DNA of 64,000 nt. Origin: a bacterium (GTDB lineage: Bacteria > Patescibacteriota > Dojkabacteria > JAKAPS01 > JAJZLI01). The notes below the pieces were generated by a model. That model made no database searches. It was not told the origin of the DNA and was given only the letters and a program-made list of their open reading frames with translations. The translations under genes and the position numbers were made by a program. Positions within the stretch are counted from its first letter, which is position 1; every line of letters starts with the position of its first letter. This document shows, piece after piece, positions 25,390 through 35,434 of this stretch. The stretch lies in NCBI GenBank assembly GCA_021816845.1, contig JAKAWT010000001.1:408209-472208 (forward strand). The letters are read 5' to 3'.

Positions 25390-25506
25390 ATATTGTAATT
25401 ATAAGAAATAAGAAAATTAGTAAAATGCATGATTAAGAAATTTATTTTAGAGTTTCAAGATAGATGTCAATAGGATAATATAACAAAATAAAAAAAATAG
25501 CAAGGA

Positions 25507-26196
25507 TTATAATCTAGTAATTAACTCTTCTGACTTTATTTTTATGGATGGCCCCATGGTTGGACATATATATATACTTTTAAATATTGTATTCTCTGGT
25601 TTTTGTACAACACTTATTATCGATTTTATCAACAATAAAGTATTTTCTAGAAGTTCTTCTTTTGTATTATTTACATTTCCTATGATAGTGTGTATTACAC
25701 CTGTTTGGTCTGATTTATAATCAAATTTCCCGCCCATATAACTATTTATAGCTTCATCTATATTGTCTGTAATTGTACCTTTTTTTGGATTAGGCATAAG
25801 ATCCTTTGGCCCTAATATTTTTCCTAAAACTGCTATTTTGGACATTACATTAGGTGTAGCTATTATAACATCAAAATCCGACCATCCTTGATTAATCTTA
25901 TCTATATATTCTTCAAGTCCTATGTAATCATATTTTTTTGCAGTTTCAGGTTTTATATCTTTTGAATCTGTTAATAAAAGAACCCTTTTTTTCTCACCAA
26001 CTTTGTTTTTATAGTTCACACTTCCTCTTAATACCTGTTTTGTATTTTTTTGATTTATGTTTAATGCTATGTGTATTTCTACAGATCCTGGAAATTTGGA
26101 TAAAGACAATTTTTTTACTTCTTCAAAAGAATTATTAAAAGATATATTATTATCCATTTTTTCTATAATTTTTTTATATTTCTTACCTCTTTTCAT
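25507..26196 (-). CDS. rplA: 50S ribosomal protein L1
   Basis: Conserved L1 blocks (IIATPNVMSKIAVLGKILGPKDLMPNPK...). Synteny nusG-rplK-rplA. Confidence 0.9.
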   Translation of the reverse strand: MKRGKKYKKIIEKMDNNISFNNSFEEVKKLSLSKFPGSVEIHIALNINQKNTKQVLRGSVNYKNKVGEKKRVLLLTDSKDIKPETAKKYDYIGLEEYIDKINQGWSDFDVIIATPNVMSKIAVLGKILGPKDLMPNPKKGTITDNIDEAINSYMGGKFDYKSDQTGVIHTIIGNVNNTKEELLENTLLLIKSIISVVQKPENTIFKSIYICPTMGPSIKIKSEELITRL

Positions 26197-26201
26197 AGTT
26201 T

Positions 26202-26630
26202 TTAATTTTCAGATACTTCTACTCCCATATTTCTTGCTGTTCCTATAATAATTTTTTTAGCTGCATCTAAATTATTAGTATTAAGGTCTGGCATTTTAGT
26301 CTTTGCTATATCTTCAATCTGTGATTGCGTTAATTTACCAACCTTTTCTTTTAATGATTGGCTTGATCCTTTTGGTATATTTAATGCCATTTTTATTAAA
26401 ATAGCGGTAGGAGGGGTTTTTATAATAAATGAGAATGATCTGTCTTCAAATACATCTATAACTACTGGAAAAATTAATTCACCTTTATCTTTAGTTTGAT
26501 TATTGAATTGGTTACAAAAATCCATAATATTTATACCATGTTGTCCTAGAGCAGGTCCTATAGGAGGAGCAGGGTTTGCTTGTCCAGCCTTTATTTGTAA
26601 TTTTATTTGTGTAATTAATTTCTTAGCCAT
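26202..26630 (-). CDS. rplK: 50S ribosomal protein L11
   Basis: N-terminus ...[28 protein letters not shown] typical of L11. Confidence 0.9.
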   Translation of the reverse strand: MAKKLITQIKLQIKAGQANPAPPIGPALGQHGINIMDFCNQFNNQTKDKGELIFPVVIDVFEDRSFSFIIKTPPTAILIKMALNIPKGSSQSLKEKVGKLTQSQIEDIAKTKMPDLNTNNLDAAKKIIIGTARNMGVEVSEN

Positions 26631-27199
26631 TATATTAATTTTATTTGCATTAAATCTAATTCTACAGGTGTTTCTCTTCCGAATATTGAAATAAGTATTT
26701 TTACTTTGCTTTTTTCTTCACTTATATCACTTATTTTCCCATTAAAATCTTTAAAAGCACCATCTGTAACTGTTACACTATCTCCAACATTAAATGATGT
26801 TTGTATTGCAGGAGTATCAAGTTCCATGAATTTCAATATTGCATTGACTTCATTATCGTTTAGTGGTGTAGGTGTAGCACTTGTTGGTCCTACAAAACCA
26901 GTAACTCCCTCAGTATCTCTTATTATTGGCCAAGTCTCTCTATTAAGTTCCATTCTAATTAATATATACCCAGGAAGTATTTTCTCTTTTATCTTTCTCT
27001 TTTTGCCATCTGCTATTACAGTTTTATTCTGAGTAGGAATAACTATTTCATCCAAATATCTGTCTACACCTGCTGTTTCTGCTCTTTGCTTGATTAATAT
27101 AGAAATCTTATTTTCATGTCCAGTAAAAACATTGATGGCATACCACTTCATATTTTCAGTGTTTTTTTGTTTATTCTTTTTTATTTTTATCTTATCCAT
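26630..27199 (-). CDS. nusG: Transcription termination/antitermination factor NusG
   Basis: NGN domain ([14 protein letters not shown]...) and C-terminal KOW motif ([18 protein letters not shown]). Synteny with secE. Confidence 0.9.
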   Translation of the reverse strand: MDKIKIKKNKQKNTENMKWYAINVFTGHENKISILIKQRAETAGVDRYLDEIVIPTQNKTVIADGKKRKIKEKILPGYILIRMELNRETWPIIRDTEGVTGFVGPTSATPTPLNDNEVNAILKFMELDTPAIQTSFNVGDSVTVTDGAFKDFNGKISDISEEKSKVKILISIFGRETPVELDLMQIKLI

Positions 27200-27208
27200 A
27201 ATATGTAT

Positions 27209-27385
27209 TTAGAATATTAAAACCAATAATTTCTGAAACAGTATATCTATACCAAAAAGAAACAAGCTAAGAATTACTGCTATTAATATAACCATCATGG
27301 TTGAATTATATAACTCTTTTCCTGTATACCACCTAGTATTTTTTAGTTCTGTATTTACTCCCTTTAAAAATTTGAATATATTCAT
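27209..27385 (-). CDS. secE: Preprotein translocase subunit SecE (58 aa; absent from the ORF track)
   Basis: Translated by hand: MNIFKFLKGVNTELKNTRWYTGKELYNSTMMVILIAVILSLFLFGIDILFQKLLVLIF. Shows the conserved amphipathic segment plus single TM helix of SecE. Lies directly upstream of nusG. Confidence 0.75.
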   Translation of the reverse strand: MNIFKFLKGVNTELKNTRWYTGKELYNSTMMVILIAVILSLFLFGIDILFQKLLVLIF

Positions 27386-27433
27386 TATTATACCCTAAGG
27401 ATAATATCAAAATTTTATCATATAATCAATCAA

Positions 27434-27504
27434 CAGGTTCAGTGGGGATCGAACCCACATCAATGGTTTTGGAGACCAATATTTTACCATTAAACTATGA
27501 ACCT
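27434..27504 (-). tRNA. tRNA-Trp (CCA)
   Basis: Reverse complement: acceptor AGGTTCA/TGAACCT, anticodon loop CTCCAAA, T-arm GTGGG-TTCGATC-CCCAC. Sits in the classical position upstream of secE. Confidence 0.85.
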
Positions 27505-27512
27505 CTATAAAT

Positions 27513-27677
27513 TTATTTTACTTCTTTATGTAAAGTATGCTTTTTACAAGTATTACAAAATTTATTTAATTCTAACCTTTCCTTATTATTAGTATAATTC
27601 TTCTTAGAAGTATAGTTTTTATTTTTACATATGGTACATTGTAGAAAAATATACCTTCTGTTATCTTTTTTAGCCAT
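27513..27677 (-). CDS. rpmG: 50S ribosomal protein L33 (54 aa; absent from the ORF track)
   Basis: Translated by hand: [54 protein letters not shown]. Two CxxC pairs in the spacing characteristic of L33. Confidence 0.8.
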   Translation of the reverse strand: MAKKDNRRYIFLQCTICKNKNYTSKKNYTNNKERLELNKFCNTCKKHTLHKEVK

Positions 27678-27723
27678 ATTATTTTATAAAATATTATTTG
27701 TTTAAATTATGTTGTTATTTCTC

Positions 27724-27795
27724 AGCCTAGAAGCGGACTTGAACCGCTGGTCTTTCCCTTACCATGGGAATGCTCTACCACTGAGCTATCTAGGC
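27724..27795 (-). tRNA. tRNA-Thr (GGT)
   Basis: Reverse complement: acceptor GCCTAGA/TCTAGGC, anticodon stem TTCCC/GGGAA with loop ATGGTAA, T-arm AGCGG-TTCAAGT-CCGCT. Confidence 0.85.
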
Positions 27796-27798
27796 ATA

Positions 27799-27882
27799 TG
27801 CAGAGAGAAGGATTCGAACCTTCGTAGCCGTAACGGCAACTGATTTACAGTCAGCCGCGATTGTCCACTCCGCCATCTCTGC
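27799..27882 (-). tRNA. tRNA-Tyr (GTA), long variable arm
   Basis: Reverse complement: acceptor GCAGAGA/TCTCTGC, anticodon loop containing GTA (GACTGTAAATC), long extra arm GTTGCCGTTACGGCTAC, T-arm GAAGG-TTCGAAT-CCTTC. Confidence 0.85.
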
Positions 27883-27893
27883 ATAATGCTATC

Positions 27894-27965
27894 AGCCTTC
27901 TGTCAGGGTCGAACTGACGACCTGCTGTTTACAAAACAGCTGCTCTACCACTGAGCTAAGAAGGC
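27894..27965 (-). tRNA. tRNA-Thr (TGT)
   Basis: Reverse complement: acceptor GCCTTCT/AGAAGGC, anticodon stem GCTGT/ACAGC with loop TTTGTAA, T-arm GTCAG-TTCGACC-CTGAC. Confidence 0.8.
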
Positions 27966-28202
27966 TTTATATTTGCCATACTAAATATATTTAGTAATGC
28001 TTGCATTCTATATAAAAAGATATTCTTTTTCAACCTTGACCCATCTAGCTTTAAAACTTGATTTCAAAAAAAACAAGTATTGTAACGCAAGTATAAATCA
28101 TAAGAGTTATACTGATATAGTTATTATTTTATATTATGTTAAATCAGTTTTTACCTTATGCTAGATGGGCTAATACTTATTATAGCAAATAAACTAGTGG
28201 AT

Positions 28203-28841
28203 TCAAATTATAGTTATTATGAAATTGAAAATATAACTAATTAAAGGTAGTAGTACTATTTGTATTATAGATTCTAAATTCCCATTTATTGGGAATATTG
28301 GTAATATACTGAATATAAGGATAAATATGGCATATTTATCAATTGTATCTACTATATGATAATGATGCTTAAAAATCACTTTAAATATGTGGCTTCCATC
28401 AAGAGGAGGTATAGGAATAAGATTAAATAGCGCTAGTCCTATATTAATTATAGCTGCATCTATAAATACTCCTCCAAGTTTTAAATTGATACTGCTAGAC
28501 AATTGTAATAGTGGTAGTCCTTGTAATATAAGTATAGATATAATAGATAATACTATATTCGAAATAGGTCCGGCAATTGCAATAATAAGATTATCTCTAT
28601 ATGGATTTTTAAGATTATTTAGATTTATAGGTGTAGGATTCCCCCATCCAAATCTAAATTGAGTAAGTATCATTACTAGTAATCCCATTAATGTTATATG
28701 TTTTGTAGGATCTAGCGTTAACCTACCATTATTTTTGGCTGTATCATCACCTAAAAGATGTGCAACATAACCATGAGAAAATTCATGAAATGAAATACTA
28801 AAGATAATTATAATACCTAAAATTATCAAATTTATAATCAT
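28203..28841 (-). CDS. Peptidase M50 family (site-2 protease-like) membrane metalloprotease
   Basis: HExxH within a TM helix (FHEFSHGYVAHLLGDD). Multiple TM segments. Downstream LDG-like motif (PPLDGSHIF). Confidence 0.7.
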   Translation of the reverse strand: MIINLIILGIIIIFSISFHEFSHGYVAHLLGDDTAKNNGRLTLDPTKHITLMGLLVMILTQFRFGWGNPTPINLNNLKNPYRDNLIIAIAGPISNIVLSIISILILQGLPLLQLSSSINLKLGGVFIDAAIINIGLALFNLIPIPPLDGSHIFKVIFKHHYHIVDTIDKYAIFILIFSILPIFPINGNLESIIQIVLLPLISYIFNFIITII

Positions 28842-28916
28842 TACGTGATATTTGCATAAAAACTTATTTTATTATATCATACAGGGTGTGTTATTAAATT
28901 AATACCATTTTTAATC

Positions 28917-29138
28917 ATGTCTAGATCTTGTGATTTATGCAACAAAGGAGTTACAGTTATAAATAATATTAGCCACAAACATTCAGGTAAGTGGGCTAAA
29001 AGAGCACCTAAAACAAAAAGGAAGATATTTCCTAATTTAAGAGTTCTTAATATTGATACTGCTGAGAATAATAAGGTTAATATTAAAGTTTGTATGAGGT
29101 GTTATAGAACATTAAACTCTTCATTACAACAAAACTGA
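28917..29138 (+). CDS. rpmB: 50S ribosomal protein L28
   Basis: MSRSCDLCNKGVTVINNISHKHSGKWAKRAPKTKRKIFPNLR...KVCMRCYRTL matches the L28 pattern (CxxC...SH...R.F.PNL...KVC..C). 3' end overlaps the convergent priA 3' end. Confidence 0.8.
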   Translation: MSRSCDLCNKGVTVINNISHKHSGKWAKRAPKTKRKIFPNLRVLNIDTAENNKVNIKVCMRCYRTLNSSLQQN

Positions 29139-31118
29139 AGGATCTATATCTATACTTAAATCCTTGTTTTGTTTATATCTATTCCTCAAGAAAGTCTTTA
29201 TATTTTTTATATTTTTATTAGCTTTTATTATTATATTTAATCTATATACATAATTAATTTTATATGGAATAGCTTCAATTGGTGGGTATATTTTTATACC
29301 AACCATATTGGTATTACTAATTTCATCATATATTTTTTTTGCTCTTGTGAATACTGTTTTCTCATTTTTACCTTTTACAATAATTTTTATTAAGTTAGAG
29401 AAGGGTGGGTAATTTAACTGTCTTCTTATTGTAATTTCTTCATCAAAGAATTTACTAAAATTATTATTTAGGGCAAACTGTAATATTTTATTTTTAATAT
29501 CCATAGTTTGTATTACTATATCAGCCGAATTATCTTCTCTCCCACCTCTTCCTATTACTTGGATTATTGTCTGGTAAGCTTTTTCAACTGAGCTATAATC
29601 TGGAAATACAAATTCTATATCAGCCAAAATAATACCTATTAAACCAACGTTATAAAAGTCCCATCCTGTAGTAATTAATTGTGTCCCTATAATAATATTG
29701 ATATTTTTATCAGATAATTTATTATAAATCTCTAAGTGTTGATCACTATTACCAGAAGTAGAATCTTTATCTAATATTTCAATATGAAGGTTCTTTTCCT
29801 TAAATAGTTTGTCAATTTCCTCCTTAACAAGTTGAGTACCTATACCATAGAATTTTAATTTTCCCTTTTTACATATATCACATATGGGATTTTCAGTATT
29901 TATATATTTTTTGTAGTCACAGTGGTGACAACTTAAGAATGTTGTATTGCCATTTTGATGTACTGTTAATGGTATATCACACCTAGGACATTTTTCTATA
30001 TGACCACAATTATTACATACATACAGATTGGAGTAACCTCTCCTATTGATATATAATATGATTTTTTTATTATTATTTAGAGTCTTCTCTATACTTTTTT
30101 TAAGTACTCTTGATATTATTATTTTTTTACTATTTATTTTATCCTCATTTAAATCAACAATTTTTGTATGTATATTATTTTTAAATTTATAGTCTGATAT
30201 CTTTTTATCTAATCTAACTATGGTATGACCTTCTTTAAGCATTTTATAATATATATCTATCTTTGGTGTGGCACTACCAAGTAGTAATTTAATCTTCTGT
30301 TCTTTTGCTATAAATCTTGCTAGATTAATAGCATTATATCTTGGATCTTGATCTTGTTTATAACTGTTGTCGTGAAATTCATCAATAATTATTAATCCTA
30401 AATTTTTAAATCTCGAAAATAATGCTGAACGAGCACCTATAATTATTTTTTTTTCTCCAGTTCGAATTAAATTATTTTCAAGTGTCTTGTCCCTTTTTGT
30501 AATTTTGCTATGCATGATTGAAATTATCTCTTTATCAAAAAAAGCTTTTAGTCTTGTATAAAATTGAGATGTAATAGCTATATCAGGTAAAAGTATCAAT
30601 ACTTGATTTCCCTTGTTAATTTGTTCTTCAATTAATTTTATATACACATGTGTTTTACCTGATCCAGTGATACCAAATAATATATATTCATTATCTTGTC
30701 CATTTGATATTTTATTAATAGCATTCATTTGTTCTTTATTGACTGGTAGTTTTTCTTTGGGGATTATCATTTTTTTAATAACAGTATTTTTAGTATTGTT
30801 TTCCTTAGTTTTTATTGTAATAAAAGGAGAAATGGTATTATTGATGGAAGCATTGTAGTAAGTGATAATGTGTTTAATAAGTTTTAATTCTAATAAATTA
30901 AGATCAATATAATGATTTTTTGTATCTTCAATTATATTTTTTATAGTAAAGTTTATATCAATATTTGCATCCTTTACATTATCAACTACTATGCCTGTTG
31001 TCCTTTTTAATCCTAATGGGATTTCGACTACTTTACCAATAGGAATATTTCTCTCAGAAGAGTATATAAGTGGTTTTTCAATCTTTAATTTTGTTTTTGT
31101 AAGTATCTTAATTAACAT
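29124..31118 (-). CDS. priA: Primosomal protein N' (PriA helicase)
   Basis: Walker A GITGSGKTHVY, DExH-like IIIDEFHD, cysteine-rich zinc-binding insert CNNCGHIEKCPRCD...CHHCDY, helicase C domain. Confidence 0.9.
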   Translation of the reverse strand: MLIKILTKTKLKIEKPLIYSSERNIPIGKVVEIPLGLKRTTGIVVDNVKDANIDINFTIKNIIEDTKNHYIDLNLLELKLIKHIITYYNASINNTISPFITIKTKENNTKNTVIKKMIIPKEKLPVNKEQMNAINKISNGQDNEYILFGITGSGKTHVYIKLIEEQINKGNQVLILLPDIAITSQFYTRLKAFFDKEIISIMHSKITKRDKTLENNLIRTGEKKIIIGARSALFSRFKNLGLIIIDEFHDNSYKQDQDPRYNAINLARFIAKEQKIKLLLGSATPKIDIYYKMLKEGHTIVRLDKKISDYKFKNNIHTKIVDLNEDKINSKKIIISRVLKKSIEKTLNNNKKIILYINRRGYSNLYVCNNCGHIEKCPRCDIPLTVHQNGNTTFLSCHHCDYKKYINTENPICDICKKGKLKFYGIGTQLVKEEIDKLFKEKNLHIEILDKDSTSGNSDQHLEIYNKLSDKNINIIIGTQLITTGWDFYNVGLIGIILADIEFVFPDYSSVEKAYQTIIQVIGRGGREDNSADIVIQTMDIKNKILQFALNNNFSKFFDEEITIRRQLNYPPFSNLIKIIVKGKNEKTVFTRAKKIYDEISNTNMVGIKIYPPIEAIPYKINYVYRLNIIIKANKNIKNIKTFLRNRYKQNKDLSIDIDPSVLL

Positions 31119-31184
31119 TTATTTGTTTTAAGCCATTTTTAGTGTTAAAATAAACCATATTTAATTTACAAGATATAGAGGATT

Positions 31185-32243
31185 ATGGCATTTTCTGATC
31201 CATTTTGGAATATGTTTACTTATGATATAGGTATCGATCTTGGTACTGCAAACACACTAGTTTGTGTTAGGAATCAGGGTGTTACAATATCTGAACCATC
31301 AGTTGTAGCTTTCAATTCAAAAACTAAAACAGTGCTAGCGGTAGGATCTGAAGCTCAAAAAATGTTGGGTAGAACACCTGCATCTATTGTAGCTATAAGA
31401 CCTTTGAAGGATGGGGTGATATCAGATTTTGATGCCACCAGAGAGATGATAAAATATTTTATAGAGAAAGTTCATAAAGATTCTCCTAAATTTTTTAAGA
31501 TACCTAGGCCAAGGGTTGTTATAGGTATACCTTCAGCTATAACTGAAGTAGAAAAAAAGGCTGTTATTGATGCTGCTATATCTGCTGGAGCTAGGAAGGT
31601 ATATTTAATAGAAGAGCCCATGGCAGCTGCAGTTGGTATAAATGTTCCTGTAACAGAACCATTGGGATCATTAATTGTAGATATAGGGGGAGGTACTTCA
31701 GATATTGCTGTAATATCATTGGGAGGTATAGTTGTTGATAAATCAATTAGGGTGGCGGGAGATGAGATGACAGTAGATATAGTTAATTATATTAGATCAA
31801 AGTACAACTTATTAATAGGAGAGAGGACAGCTGAAGAAATTAAAATAAAGTTGGGTAATGCTTATCCCAGGAAGGATAATAAAAGTATGGAGATAAAGGG
31901 TCGAGATATATTGTTAGGTCTCCCTAAAGTTATAAAAATATCTGAAGTTGAAATAAGGGAAGCAATGTCTAATTCGCTTAATATTATTATTGAAGCTATT
32001 TCTGAAGCTTTAGAGGAGACACCTCCTGAACTTATTTCAGATATTACAAATAATGGGATATATCTTACTGGAGGAGGTGCCCAGATTTCTGGAATTAATA
32101 AATTATTTCTAGAAAAGTTAAAAATACCAATAATGATAGCTGATGATCCTTTATCTAGTGTAGTATTAGGAGCTTCAAAAATTTTAGAAGACTTAAGTCT
32201 TCTTGAGAATATCTCTTATTCAGATTCTGAAGAATTCTTATAA
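31185..32243 (+). CDS. mreB: Rod shape-determining protein MreB (canonical)
   Basis: IGIDLGTANTLV, NEPSVVAF, IVDIGGGTSDIAVISLGGIV; followed by mreC and mreD. Confidence 0.9.
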   Translation: MAFSDPFWNMFTYDIGIDLGTANTLVCVRNQGVTISEPSVVAFNSKTKTVLAVGSEAQKMLGRTPASIVAIRPLKDGVISDFDATREMIKYFIEKVHKDSPKFFKIPRPRVVIGIPSAITEVEKKAVIDAAISAGARKVYLIEEPMAAAVGINVPVTEPLGSLIVDIGGGTSDIAVISLGGIVVDKSIRVAGDEMTVDIVNYIRSKYNLLIGERTAEEIKIKLGNAYPRKDNKSMEIKGRDILLGLPKVIKISEVEIREAMSNSLNIIIEAISEALEETPPELISDITNNGIYLTGGGAQISGINKLFLEKLKIPIMIADDPLSSVVLGASKILEDLSLLENISYSDSEEFL

Positions 32244-32252
32244 ATCTAAATT

Positions 32253-33062
32253 ATGGTTAGTTTTAAAAAAAGTACAAAAACGTCCAACATATTAAAAAAA
32301 ATATCTATACTTTTTGCAATAGCAATAGTTCTTATTATAATAAGTATCAAAGTTCCAGCACTTTCTAATCTTACAAGTGGGATATTTATACCTATTAAAT
32401 CGGATATATTTTCTTTTTCATCCAATATTGGAGGGTTTTTCTATAATATAAATAACATAAATAATATTGAATATAGTAATACTATTTTAGAGAGGAAAAT
32501 ATATAATTATAAATCTGAATTAGCTAATCTAAATATTTATAAATCTGAGAATAAGATTTTAAAGGATCAATTAAATAAAAAATATTTTAATACAAATTAT
32601 AGATATACATTATCGAGGATACTTTATTATGGACCTATAAATACATTAGGTTATATATATGTTGGGAGTGGAAGTAATCAAGGTGTGAAAGTAGGTGATG
32701 CTGTTGTATATAAAAATTTTCTTCTGGGTAAAGTAATCTATACATATAGTAACTATTCTAAGGTTATTTTGATATCAAATGTAAATTTATCTATTCCTGT
32801 AATTGTAAATAAAGTTAATGCTATCCTAACGGGAAGCCTATCTAGCTCTTTGATTCTTCAAGATGTAACACAGCTTGATAATGTTAAAATTGGAGATAGT
32901 GTTGTAACTTCTGGAATAGATGGAACTTTCCCTCAGAATCTAATAACTGGGTATGTCAGTTATGTTTCAAACAATAAAAGTAGTACATTTAAGGCTATAA
33001 GTGTTGATAATGCAATAAATATTTATGATCTCCAGTATGTCTTTATAATGGACAATCAGTAA
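32253..33062 (+). CDS. mreC: Rod shape-determining protein MreC
   Basis: N-terminal TM, coiled-coil region, and the conserved C-terminal beta-domain block GDSVVTSGIDGTFPQNLITGYV. Confidence 0.75.
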   Translation: MVSFKKSTKTSNILKKISILFAIAIVLIIISIKVPALSNLTSGIFIPIKSDIFSFSSNIGGFFYNINNINNIEYSNTILERKIYNYKSELANLNIYKSENKILKDQLNKKYFNTNYRYTLSRILYYGPINTLGYIYVGSGSNQGVKVGDAVVYKNFLLGKVIYTYSNYSKVILISNVNLSIPVIVNKVNAILTGSLSSSLILQDVTQLDNVKIGDSVVTSGIDGTFPQNLITGYVSYVSNNKSSTFKAISVDNAINIYDLQYVFIMDNQ

Positions 33063-33063
33063 C

Positions 33064-33564
33064 ATGAAAAAAGGTGTTTATATATTTACTATAATAATAT
33101 TAATGTTTTTTATCATAGGATTAAATCAAATGATAATATACCCATTTTTATTTTTTGATATAATATATATATATACAATATTATACTTTATTCTATATCA
33201 AAAAGATCAAAATTTTATTATATATTTTCTTTTTTTTGTTGGAATAGTTACAGATATAGTTTTTATTAATCCTTTGGGTATTACTTCAATTTTATTACTT
33301 TTACCAATACTTATATTGGAATTGAATAAATTGTTTAAAAAAGATACCAATTTGAGCTTTATTTCTATTTTAATTATATCTTTTATATATAATATTTTTC
33401 TGTGGGTATATTTATATGGTATTATAATACTTAGAAATAATACTAAATATATTGTTTTGTTTTTGATTTCTGTTATTATTTCAAGCGTATTAGATTCTTT
33501 GTTTATATTCCTTTATAAATTATATTATAACAACAATAATGGCTTGAAAATTAATATTAATTAG
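33064..33564 (+). CDS. mreD: Rod shape-determining protein MreD (putative)
   Basis: Small polytopic membrane protein in the canonical position between mreC and PBP2; assignment rests on position and topology only. Confidence 0.5.
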   Translation: MKKGVYIFTIIILMFFIIGLNQMIIYPFLFFDIIYIYTILYFILYQKDQNFIIYFLFFVGIVTDIVFINPLGITSILLLLPILILELNKLFKKDTNLSFISILIISFIYNIFLWVYLYGIIILRNNTKYIVLFLISVIISSVLDSLFIFLYKLYYNNNNGLKININ

Positions 33565-33570
33565 TAAATT

Positions 33571-35430
33571 ATGGATGATTTTGAATTAGATGATTTTAAT
33601 AACCTACCTACTGATGAAGATAAAGATAAAGTAAATAAATCTTTATTGTTAAAATTCATGGGTTCTTTTATATTTGTAATTATCTTGATTTTTATTCTTG
33701 GTGTTTTTTATATATCAATTATTGAGCATAATAAATTTCAGAATTTAGCCTTTCAAAATAGAATTATAAAAAGTCCTATAGTTGCAAATAGGGGGGTAAT
33801 ATTAAGTAGGAATATGACACAACTTTCTTTCAATGTTCCTACATATCAACTTTATCTTGATATAAATAATTTAAGTAATACGCAAATAAAAAATGATATC
33901 AATAAAATAGCACCTATATTGAATATGTCTGTTAAAAAGATAACAAATATTGTTCATAATGGTAAAAAAAATAATGAAATTGAAATACCTATATATAATG
34001 GTTTATCTAGTAAAAATGAAATATTAATTAGTTCAAATACTGCATTAAATGCATTCATAATAAAGGAAGTTCCTGTAGTTAAATTTAAATATAATAATTT
34101 GTTGTCACATATAATAGGGTATACAGGACCCGTTACTGAACAAGAGCTTTTATCTAATCCAAATTTAACTCCATACGATATAGTAGGAAGATATGGGATA
34201 GAACAATCATTCAATAAATATCTCATGGGGCAAGATGGAATTCAGTTAAAAGAGGTTAATACTTATGGGCAAATTGTTTCAAGTTATGGAGAAAAAAAAC
34301 CAGTAGCTGGAGACAATGTTCAATTAAATATTAGCAGTACCATTCAAAAAGAAATGCAATCTTTACTTATCCAAAGTATCAAAACTGATCCTAATCATGT
34401 TACAGGTGCTGTTGGTGTTGTAGAAAATGTAAATACTGGCGGAATTTTGGCAATGGTTAGTTATCCTACTTTTAACAATAATGCTTTTGAAGGTGCAGGG
34501 ATTAGTAATGCTGCATACAATGTTCTTCTTAATAATCCTATGGATCCGCTTTTAAACAGAGCAATTTCTGAGCAGCAACCAGTAGGCTCTATAATGAAGA
34601 CAATACTTCTTTCGGCTGCATTACAAGATAATGTTCTAACTCCTAATACTACATTTACTGTTCCTGGAACCTTTTTATATGATGGAACATTGTTTGAAAA
34701 TTATGCAAAAATAAACTGGGGAACTGCCAATATAGCTAAATGCTTGCAATTTTCAATCAATGTTTTCGCTTTTAAAGCTTCAATAAAACTAGGGATTCAG
34801 AGGTTTGTAAAATTCGAACAATTATTTGGTCTTGGTAAAACTACTGGTATACAATTACCAGGAGAATTATCTGGTATAATTTCTGATCCTAAAACTAAAT
34901 TAGCTATTACGGGGCAAGCATGGTATCCAGGTGATTTACTCAATGCCGCAATAGGTCAAGGTTATACAGAGGTTACACCAATACAAGTTGTAAACTGGAT
35001 AAGTGCTATTGCTAATGGTGGTACACTATACAAGCCAAGAATTGTTAAAGCTATATATAATCAACAAGGGAAAGTTGTTAAAAATTATGCTCCACAGGTA
35101 GTAAGGAGAGGCTTTGTATCTACCAACAATTTGAATGTGATAAAATATGGTATGGAACAAGCTGTACAGAACGGTATAGATATAGCTGCAAAGAGTGTGA
35201 TAGCTGATAATGCGGGTAAGAGTGGTACAGCTCAGTTTGGGAATGAAATTATTAGTAATACTTCTGATAGATATAGTCATTCTCACTCATGGATGGCATC
35301 TTTTGCTCCATATAAGAATCCTCAGATAGCTGTTGTTGTTTTTGAAGAAAACGGAGGTCTGAGTACTTATGCTGCAGAAGTTGTAAAAAATTTCATGAAT
35401 TGGTATTTTGGTGTATATTTAAAAAAATAA
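33571..35430 (+). CDS. mrdA: Penicillin-binding protein 2 (class B transpeptidase)
   Basis: N-terminal TM and dimerisation domain. Transpeptidase motifs SxxK (GSIMK), SxN, and KSGT (GKSGTAQ). Confidence 0.85.
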   Translation: MDDFELDDFNNLPTDEDKDKVNKSLLLKFMGSFIFVIILIFILGVFYISIIEHNKFQNLAFQNRIIKSPIVANRGVILSRNMTQLSFNVPTYQLYLDINNLSNTQIKNDINKIAPILNMSVKKITNIVHNGKKNNEIEIPIYNGLSSKNEILISSNTALNAFIIKEVPVVKFKYNNLLSHIIGYTGPVTEQELLSNPNLTPYDIVGRYGIEQSFNKYLMGQDGIQLKEVNTYGQIVSSYGEKKPVAGDNVQLNISSTIQKEMQSLLIQSIKTDPNHVTGAVGVVENVNTGGILAMVSYPTFNNNAFEGAGISNAAYNVLLNNPMDPLLNRAISEQQPVGSIMKTILLSAALQDNVLTPNTTFTVPGTFLYDGTLFENYAKINWGTANIAKCLQFSINVFAFKASIKLGIQRFVKFEQLFGLGKTTGIQLPGELSGIISDPKTKLAITGQAWYPGDLLNAAIGQGYTEVTPIQVVNWISAIANGGTLYKPRIVKAIYNQQGKVVKNYAPQVVRRGFVSTNNLNVIKYGMEQAVQNGIDIAAKSVIADNAGKSGTAQFGNEIISNTSDRYSHSHSWMASFAPYKNPQIAVVVFEENGGLSTYAAEVVKNFMNWYFGVYLKK

Positions 35431-35434
35431 AAAA

